A stretch of 64,000 nt of DNA from Eledone cirrhosa (taxonomy: Eukaryota). The notes beneath the pieces are model-generated. The model did not search any database. It was given only the letters and a program-made list of their open reading frames with translations, and had not been told where the DNA came from. Positions 55,005 to 64,000 of the stretch are shown here, one piece after another (position 1 is the stretch's first letter; the number at the start of each line of letters is the position of its first letter). The translations under genes were made by a program, and so were the position numbers. Where the stretch lies: contig OZ024742.1 of assembly GCA_964016885.1 (NCBI GenBank), forward strand, positions 79,546,001 through 79,610,000. The letters are read 5' to 3'.

Positions 55005-55223
55005 GTATATATATATAGGGATAGCGAGAGAGAGAGAGAGGGAGGGGAGAATAAAAAGTAGACGTCTTTGCAGTTTCGGTGAATGATAATTCTGACAGCA
55101 GCAGGACCATGGGATTCTGGTCAAGTAAATTATAGGCAGCGTAAGGGATACGCAGTCTAATGCTTGTTGGTCGAGGTTGAACAGCGGCATGACAGCTAGC
55201 TGAATGTGAAGATAGTGCTTTCG

Positions 55224-55280
<57 letters not shown>

Positions 55281-55875
55281 TAACACACAAACACAAGCAC
55301 ATAATTCGACATGTTTCTATCCTGGAAAGTTTGTTACATGTGTTTCTCGAAGTAAAGATGATTAGGTTATGTTAGATCAAATTATGAGTTATAAAAGAAA
55401 CACCTTTGATTTATTTAATGGGCACTGAATTTGTCTTCGATATATAGTTTTTACTATAAAGTTTAGCTACTAGCATAAAACAGAATGGAATGAAAATTAG
55501 TGCAATTTATTTGCTGCTTATACTGACATTCATGTGCATTTTACTCTTGCTTTCACTGAATGAATATTAAAATCTCAACCAGACCTGCACCACACAATCG
55601 TACAGCTACTAAAACACAAAGTTCTCACAAATATACACATATATGCACATTCAATCACAACACTTTATATTTGTTTCCCTCTATGTCTATTTATTTATCT
55701 TTCTATCTTTCTATCTCCCACACTAAGAATATCAGAAAAGAATACCAGGAATGATAGTGATGCCTGAAGATAAATTGTTGCCGACTTTGAGATCGTTAAA
55801 CTGTTTGGTGTTTGGATTTCACTGATATTGCATCAGTCAACAATCTAGGCAAAATAGAAATGACACTGTGTTTTA

Positions 55876-56055
55876 TAGGGTGGGCCAAAAGTCTCTTCTT
55901 ACCTTTTCTATTAATAAAGCATTAAAACTTAACTCAAGACTCATTTGTTCTTATCTTTGAAATAAATTTCATAATTAGATTTTAGAAAAAGAAATATTTT
56001 AATAATAAAAAAATATGAATTTATTTTAGTAGGAAATGACATTTGGCCCACCCTG
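55876..56055. mobile_element. Tc1/mariner-type MITE
   Basis: TIRs tagggtgggccaaaagtc / gacatttggcccaccctg; TA on the left side. Confidence 0.75.
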
Positions 56056-56059
56056 CATA

Positions 56060-56990
56060 AGCGGCAGGACGGTGACCGTATTCTCTGTCAAGCGGGCACA
56101 GCAGAGCAATCAGTGGAGATTCCACTTCGACATTCTATAGAGCGTTAGTACTTTACAAGTGCGACGACATGCTCGGGGAGACTCTAGGCGTCGAAGACGA
56201 CGAGCTCACCAGTCTGTTCGGTAGGACTTTCCGCTCTGGACCTATGGACAACTTCCAGAGGTCCCTGGCCTGGCAGTGCTACCAAGGAGCTCTACCCGTT
56301 CGAGACAAGATCTATAGGCACGGACCTTCCAAGAGGACGTGTCCAAGATGCGAGCAGCACATTGAAACCGTCTTGCACGCAATTGTACACTGCCCGGGCG
56401 TAAGCGACCTGGGGAACTATGCAGAAGAACTGCTGTCGCGTATGGAACAAATCCAGTTGACTGCCGAGTCCATAGTAAGGATCAAAACGCCAGCCTCTTT
56501 CAAAAACGAAAGAGAGGCGCTTTTCCTCTGTACAGTGGCTATGGTGAAAGAGGTTATATGGTGGACGAGATTGAGAGGACTGAGGACAGATGCCTTTCTC
56601 TCCGGAAAACAATTGATTCCCTTCTTTAAGTATCACTTTAGAAGGAGAATCAGAGTGGAGAGAGAGGCACTGCACCCCAGTGAATTTACTGAAAGGTGGG
56701 TGAATGAAGCGAAAATGACCCGAGTGATTGGGCCTTCTCTGTTTATAAGCCTGTAGGTTAAAGAAGAGAGCAAAAGGAAGAAAGGATTACTTTCACAACA
56801 CGCTCCTGAAGTCGAGGGTTGTTCTATCGACGGGATATTAAACAACCCATTTGTGACACCTCCCCCCTATTGGGGATTTCGATTGTTATAATTGTTTGTT
56901 TCAATATTTTTACACAACTGTATGTAAAGTCCCCAGCATGTGTCTTTGTATTGTCCCCTTTTCTTGTGCGCCCTTGTGGCAAATAAAGAA
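56060..56990 (+). mobile_element. 5'-truncated Tx1/L1-like LINE ending in (ATCT)n
   Basis: AWQCYQGALPV..CPRC..ETVLHAIVHCP (zf-RVT-like); 3' end gtggcaaataaagaa followed by atct repeats. Confidence 0.85.
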
Positions 56991-57142
56991 ATCTATCTAT
57001 CTATCTATCCACCTATCTATCTATCTTTCTATCTCCGGATGGTATAGACGTGCTTCACATCGGCTCCGCGGTTATTGGAGATATTACGTGTTAACAGTAA
57101 GTGTTTGTCTGTATTCTTGCGTTATTGTGTTAATTAACCCCC

Positions 57143-58438
57143 TTGCCTGGGTCTTCGGACATTAGGGTTAATTTATTTCACCCCTTTTGGGGTGAAATTT
57201 TTCATCCTAAAAATCTTGCAATTGTCTCTACGCTAGTGACAGGTAACAATGACACGCCCACTAAACAAACTGAAGGAGAGCGGGTAGCTGAGTCAACAAG
57301 CCACCCTACTGAAAGAATAATGATTATTAGAAACATTGAAAAAATGGAACCTAACCCTAATGAAAAAAATGTGAAAAAAATTAACTCGGAGAAATTGCCA
57401 AAATTAATGGATGCCGTTTCGACTTTTCACGGCGCCACGCCCACCAGCAAAGGTGAAAGAGAAGTAGTAGCTGTGACTACAAGTCTCTCAGATAATGAAA
57501 ATATAAGTGAAGACTTTGATAAAATGGAGTCTAACCGCAAAGGAAAAAAAAATGTGAACGAATACACCAACATAAATAACACAAACACAACAAAAACAAC
57601 TTTTGCCCAGACAACAAAAAAATCAATCCCATATACACCTATTGACTTAACTGCCGCCAGAGAGAAACTGGCAGAAACAAAAAAGCACATAGTCTTGGGG
57701 GAGAACGGAATGTTTTCCATTAATTCCCCCCCAGAATTCAAGAAAACGAGACAAGAGAACACTGTTCTGTTTAGAACAGTCCTAAACAACACAATGAAGC
57801 CAGCACAGCCCAGCCAAATGGAGATAGAGTTGGTCCTAAAAGACCATATGAAGAATATTCTCTTCATACGAAAGGACCGACTCTATGGCAGCATTTCTGT
57901 TTTAACAAAAGACAAAGAAACAGCACAGAGGCTTTCCCTAAGCCCACTCACATCATCAGCATACAGTTTCTATCCCTCCTACATGGGTAGAAGAACTCAG
58001 AGAGTCAAAATACAGACAATGCTGCCCACAATGGATTTCTGGTGGGCTATTGCTGGCTTCATAGACATGGGCGAGGACACAGTGCTGTCAATGGGGAAGG
58101 CATCTGGAGATGCGTTCCTGAGAATGGGCCTCGACCTACTAGTACAAATGATGCCCGAAAGAATAGCGCAAATCCCGGATCGCATCTGGCTGGATGACCT
58201 CACCACAATATATATAATTGTAGAGGGGAGAAGACCAGCATGCTATTCATGCATGGAAAGGGGACACGTTAAGGCTAACTGCCCGAATCGTATCCCCCCA
58301 AAAGGACTATTGCCCACACCCACCACAAACAGTACACCAACACCACCCACCTCCAAAAATACACTAACACCACCAACACACACAGCAAACAAAATACAGA
58401 CACCACCAACCACAACCACAACCACAACACAAACATGA
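57143..58438 (+). pseudogene. LINE ORF1 (nucleic-acid binding, zinc knuckle)
   Basis: EGRRPACYSCMERGHVKANCP followed by a T/P-rich tail, interrupted by a stop; true start uncertain. Confidence 0.75.
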
Positions 58439-59229
58439 CCACCACCAGCACCAAACACGAGCACGACACAAAAATTACCACCATCATCACCAACCACAAG
58501 CACAACACGAACATCACCACCACCACAAAACACATTCCAAACAAATAATAAAAAAAAAGACAGCAACAATTCTACCCCTCCCGCAAAAAAAAAAACAACC
58601 AGACATCCACGTCCCTCCCACCTAGCGCTGAAGAGTTTCCCCCAACTTCTGAAGAAGAAGGAGGAGAAGCCTTCAGACAAGTTAAAAGGAAAAAACGAAA
58701 GCACACACCCAGCACACCACAACAACAAATAATCCACACACAAACACCAACTCCAACCAAAAACACCCCACCCTCGACAAATAAAAATAAATCTGCGCCT
58801 CCCCCCTTCGAAACATTGACAGCATCACAAAAAAAGAATTTACAATACACATATATAAATAAAGAAAACAAAAAACTGTTTAAATTAATAAACAATAGCC
58901 CTTTGGTGCAGACCGAAAAAGCCAAACTTTATCTCAACAGAGAACTTCACTCATTTGAAAATAATAAAGGTCCCTCTGGACCTTTATCGTTCCTTAAAAG
59001 AACAATTTAAACAGGACGTGAGCCCCCCCTGTTTAAAACCGTTAAATCGCGTCCTCTTGAAAAATTTCCCCATAACCTCCCCTCTCCCTGACACAACTCC
59101 AAATACCCCAACCCCACCACACTCGGATACCCCCACACCACCACAAAACATCCCTCCACCCAACATACCCGACCCCATGGAAACTACACAACCCGGAGAG
59201 GTAGGTGCTTTTCTTTCTTCATTTCAACA

Positions 59230-62200
59230 CCAAAATAGATCAATTGAGGGTTGGTTGTTTGAATGCGCGTGGCCTGGGCTCAGCTTGGAAGCAAGCAAAG
59301 CTTCTAAGTGACCTCAGGTCACGAAGTATAGATGTGATGGTTATTTGCGAGAGTCGGATCAGCAGCGTGCGACAGCTGGCACCCGCCTTCGATGACTTTG
59401 AGATGCACGCATCTCTCTGTCAACCCGGAGGCGGGGGTGGGGTTGCCGTACTGCAGGATAAACGTCTGGCTCTCGACGTACAGATTGTTCACTCGGACCC
59501 GGGGGGTCGATTACTGGTGCTGGACGTCGGAGGTGGTGAAGGCGGGGCTTTCAGACTGGTCGGTCTTTATGCCCCCTTCGGGGCTGAAAGAGCCGACTTC
59601 TTCCAGCGTCTGGAGAATTTTCTAGGAACGTCGCGTTCCTTGCTTTTAGTGGGGGACTGGAATGGAATCCTAGTGCGCGTTGGGACTATGCAGGGGCATG
59701 TCCCGATAGAAGGGGGTGTAGCAGCCTCAAGGGTTACTCCATCGATTCGACCTGGTCGATAGATTTCGACTAGATTTTCCAACTGTGCCAACCTGGACCT
59801 GGGCAAACCGCAGTGGTCAATCTAGATCGTACCTAGATAGGTTTTTGGTTAGGTGTAAGGATAGGGACGTATTTAGTTGTCCAGAATTGCTCATGGTTGG
59901 CTATTCAGATCACAAATTAGTGACCTGCGTGGTCAACCTTGATAGAACGCATAGACAGGGTCCCGGTTACTGGAAGATGAACTTGTCCTTGCCGGCAAAG
60001 GAAGCTTACAGGAACCGGATTAGTAGCTTAGTTAAGATGCGGTTGACGGGAGCGATCGTCAACAGCAGGTGGTGGGTATCTCTAAAGAGAGTGATTAGAG
60101 TAAGTTCGATAGGTTACAGTAAGGAATAGCGAATAGAAATAGAAGGGAAAGGGAGTTGACAGATAAACTAGAAGAGGCGATTAGGAGCGGAGACGTGGCC
60201 AGAGTGTTAGCGTCGAGAACGGCGTTGTCCGAAGTAAAATACGTGCTTTAGGAAACGAGGGGACCAAAGCTGTTAGCTGGGCCCACGTGACAGAAGCCAA
60301 GAGTGGGATTAAATCCACCATTCGGTCTCTGCGAGACCAGGATGGACGGGTGATCCTTGAACCTGAGCGGATATGCGAGGCCTTTCAAAGGCACTTTGCT
60401 CGACTGTTCGGAGGGGGCAGGGGGCCGGACGGGGATGTGGACTTCGGTCCATATCTCGACGGTCTACCGCGTCTTTCGAGCGGCGAAGTGGAGTGCTGCG
60501 AAAGGCCAATCACAGCCACTGAAATCGGGGATGCGCTCAGCCAATGCAGCAGACGCAAATCTCCGGGTCTCGATGGTCTACCATACGAACTTTATTTAGC
60601 TATACCGGTCTTGTTCTCCGAACTCCTCGAGGCTGTCTATTGCAACTGGCAACAGAACGGGAGAATTCCCTGTTCTGTGACCAAGGGCGTAGTCACGCTA
60701 GTGAGGAAGGACGAGAGCAAGGGGGACGACTTAAGTAACTTTAGGCCCATAACTCTGCTGAATGCAGAGTTACAGATTTTGGCCAAGGTGTTAGCGAAGA
60801 GGTTGGCGCTTGTGGTGGGTGGCTTGGTGGGAGACGCGCAGACATGCATTATCCCGTCCAGGTCCATTCACGACAACCTCCACCTCATGCGATACATCGT
60901 AGAGAGGGTTGGGAACGAACCCGGCTTTGGTGGGGCCCTGATCAACTTGGATCAATCTAAGGCGTTCGATAGGGTCGACCATGGTTACCTGGATGCGGTG
61001 CTAGCGGCGGCGGGCTTCGGACCCGTTATCAGGGGCTGGATTTCTGCCATGCACAGTGGCAACGTCTGCTCTAGGGTTAAAGTAAACGGCTACCTCTCGG
61101 AGCCGTTTCAAATCACCCGGTCCATCAGACAGGGGTGCCCCCTCTCCTCCCTTCTGTACGTATTGACTCTCGAGCCACTGCTGCGGAAGTTGGAGTTGCT
61201 GCGGGGCATACCCCTGGAACCGGAATTGCACAAAGCGGTCTCGGCCTATGCCGACGACGTAACAGTAATGGTGGCGGACGCCTTGGAAATCGGGGCGATC
61301 GCCACCCTACTGTAGGAATACGAAAGGCTGACGGGGGCTAGGCTGAACCGGGACAAGTCAGTCGGTTTGCAACTCGGAACGTGGAGGGGCAAACCGATGC
61401 CGTTAGACGGTGTCGTCGGACGGTGGACGGAGGGCCCGGTGAAGCTTCTCGGGGTCTGGTTCGGACCGGACCTCCAGGCGGAGAAGAATTGGGACGAGGT
61501 GACGTGCAGGGTGTTTGCGCTGACCCAGAAGTGGGCCAAGTGCAAACTATCACTGAAAGGTCGAGCGGAGGTGGCGAACGCTTACATAGCGTCCGTCATC
61601 TACTACCGCCTGACCGTCGTGCCTTGCCCTAAGGAAACGCTCACCATCATGGAGCGCATGCTCTTCCAGTTCCTCTGGAAGAAGCGGCCTCCCATGGTGA
61701 GGAGATCCATCTGCTGCCAGCATCCTTCGAAAGCTGGGTATGCCGTGGCTGTTGATGCGTAGGCACGCATTGAGGCTACGGCATCTACAGGTATTCCTCA
61801 CCGGTCAGCCGGTGTGGGCCCCGTTTCTGAGGCGAACCTTCCCACAGCTCGTCTCGCTCACCGAGCTGCAATCCTGGGTGAAGCAAAGACCGAGAAAACT
61901 GGGCAACTGGCACACCGAGTGTGCCCAGGCGCTCACGGCTTTCTGGCAAGCGGACCCGACTATCAGTGGAGATTCCACTTCGACATTCTATAGAGGGCTG
62001 GTGGCTAGCAGGGGCGACGACACCCTTGGAGAGTCGCTAGGCATGGAGGAGGACGAACTGGCCAGCATGTTCGGTAGAACTTTCGGCCCGGGACCCATGG
62101 ACAACTTCCAGATGTCCCTAGCCTGGCAGTGCTACCGGGGGGCTCTGCCCGTTCGAGAAAAGCTCTACAGACACGTGCGCCCGGGCAGGGATCCCGCGAA

Positions 62201-62620
62201 AAAGATCTGTCCCAGATGCGTGCACGACGAGGAAACCGTTGCGCACGCACTGGTACACTGCCCGGGCGTTGCCGATCTGTGGGACTACGTCGAACGACTG
62301 CTGTCGCGTGTGGCGCCGATTCGATTGGCCGCCGAGTCCGTGGTGAACATCAAGCAGCATCCTCCCTTCAGAAATGAAGCAGAGGCGGTCTTTCTGTGCG
62401 TAATAGCCATGATGAAAGAGGTTGTGTGGTGGACGCGCCTGAAAGGTCTGAGGTCGGGTGACTTTCTCTCCGGCCAACACCTGGTTTACTTCTTCCAATA
62501 CCACTTCGGAAGAAGGATCAGGATGAAGAGAGAAGTGCTTGGCCCCAGACAGTTTTATGAAAGGTGGGTGAAAGGGCGAGAATGGCTCGTGTAAATGGGC
62601 CTCCTCTCTGGGCTTCCCCC
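59230..62620 (+). pseudogene. LINE ORF2 (APE endonuclease, RT, C-terminal zinc finger), disrupted
   Basis: CLNARGL, LVGDWN, YLDRF, SDHK, KSPGLDGLP, NFRPITLLN, KAFDRVDH, RQGCPLS, AYADDV, CPRC. Confidence 0.9.
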
Positions 62621-62792
62621 GGGAAAAGGGTTGCACACTTTTCGGGGGTATGTGCAATCCCCAACACGCCCCCTCCCTTTTATTATTATATTATTTTTAT
62701 TGTTATTCCTTTTTTTCTTTACTCGCATTTATGTAAACTCCCCCCTGTGTATCTGTCCCCTTCTTTTGTGCCCTCGTGGCAAATAAATAGAA

Positions 62793-62825
<33 letters not shown>

Positions 62826-63124
62826 ATATCTCTCTCTCCCGCTCTCGCTCTATCTCTCTCTCTCTCACTTTCACTACTTCTCCTTACCCTTTGGCTGTCC
62901 AGATACACTTACTAGTGTCTAGCCTCTAATTTCTCCATCAGACCAGTTTACTTTTATGATAAACTCAACCAAAGCACTACCAAGACGTGTGACCTATTTT
63001 CTCAAACTCTAAAAATATTACTACACCATCGTAAAGGCTTGCTGAACACACAAACTGAAACCGCTTGAAATCTCGATCGGGATTTTACATCTCGCTCCCT
63101 CGCGCTTTCTCGCTCTCTTACTCC

Positions 63125-63182
<58 letters not shown>

Positions 63183-63188
<6 letters not shown>

Positions 63189-63953
63189 CAACTAGAAATA
63201 GATTGACATATATATATATCAAATAGACATATGAAACAATCACAGGGAATAATTTGTAAAGTATGTAAGCACACACAGCTAGGTAGGTAACTAATTAAAG
63301 TTTAACTAGAACTTCAAATATAGATACCATTTAAAATGATTAATCTCCTTTAAATAAAAAATATATTTCACCAATTAATCGGTAAATCACAGTAGTCAAA
63401 TTTCGGATGGTCACCAAAGGAGAAGATCCAACCATCTGTGTTTACATAGCAAATGCAAATCTGTGAATGACTCGTACCACGTGTTGCATTTTTAAAAAAA
63501 TACACACATCGCACAGCGTCATCCCAGTGGCGTGAATAGGATTATCGACAGATAGAAATAGCAGCTGAGTCCATTCAACTGAGTTAGCTCTACAATTAAG
63601 GGGCCGTATATATATCCAAAATTAAATTAAGGGTGTCATGTCTGAGAGACATGCGCCATATCCACTGCAGAATAAGCTCAAATATTCCAATGAATATATC
63701 CGAGCATTTTATATCAACTAGAAATAGATTGACATATATATATATAAAATAAACATATGAAACAATCACAGGGAATAATTTGTAAAGTATGTAAGCACAT
63801 CATAGCTAGGTAGGTAACTAATTAAAGTTTAACTAGAACTTCAAACATTGATATCTTTTAAAATGATTAATCTCCTTTGTATATATTTCTTTAAATAAAA
63901 AATATATTTCACCAATTAATCGGTAAATCGCAGTAGTCAAATCCAGGATGGTC
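63183..63953. repeat. Imperfect direct repeat of about 235 bp (63183-63415 and 63710-63953)
   Basis: Shared atcaactagaaatagattgac..cagtagtcaaat..ggatggtc. Confidence 0.8.
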
Positions 63954-64000
63954 GCTAACTCTGTTGAATGGATTCGGTTGCTATTTCTAGCTGTCGATAA

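Larger units (their letters stand above)
57035..62790 (+). mobile_element. Full-length degenerate Tx1/L1-like LINE flanked by (ATCT)n
   Basis: ORF1 with a CCHC knuckle, and ORF2 APE-RT-zinc finger with stops and frameshifts; aataaa and then (ATCT)n. Confidence 0.92.

Noticed and set aside
55760-55815. ctgaaga..taaactgtt possible ancient hammerhead
   Set aside because: GAAA is absent and stem II does not pair.

Overview
AT-rich eukaryotic intergenic or intronic DNA; the microsatellite load and CORE-type SINEs suggest an octopod or other cephalopod (inference). I could not support any host protein-coding gene, and most ORFs in the track are (TA)n, (CA)n or (GA)n artefacts. The window is a nest of decayed retroelements. 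It holds five Naiad-type Penelope-like elements (PLEs; RT plus C-terminal GIY-YIG, four with visible pseudo-LTRs), a Neptune-like PLE fragment, an R4/Dong-like RLE element, three Tx1/L1-like elements, RTE and CRE fragments, tRNA-derived SINEs and mariner-type MITEs. The most notable layer is RNA-level: about 20 type I hammerhead ribozyme (HHR) motifs from roughly a dozen sequence families, found by hand. They include (i) three head-to-head palindromic cassettes with an HHR on each strand, (ii) a U3-A8 core variant with a full stem III, and (iii) a CCGANGA (U4C) core fixed in three Naiad families. Also present are an inverted-repeat-bounded tRNA mimic, an unexplained GC-rich 317-bp insert, and related Tx1-like elements sitting in different microsatellites. 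All folds and coordinates were read by eye and are unverified computationally.
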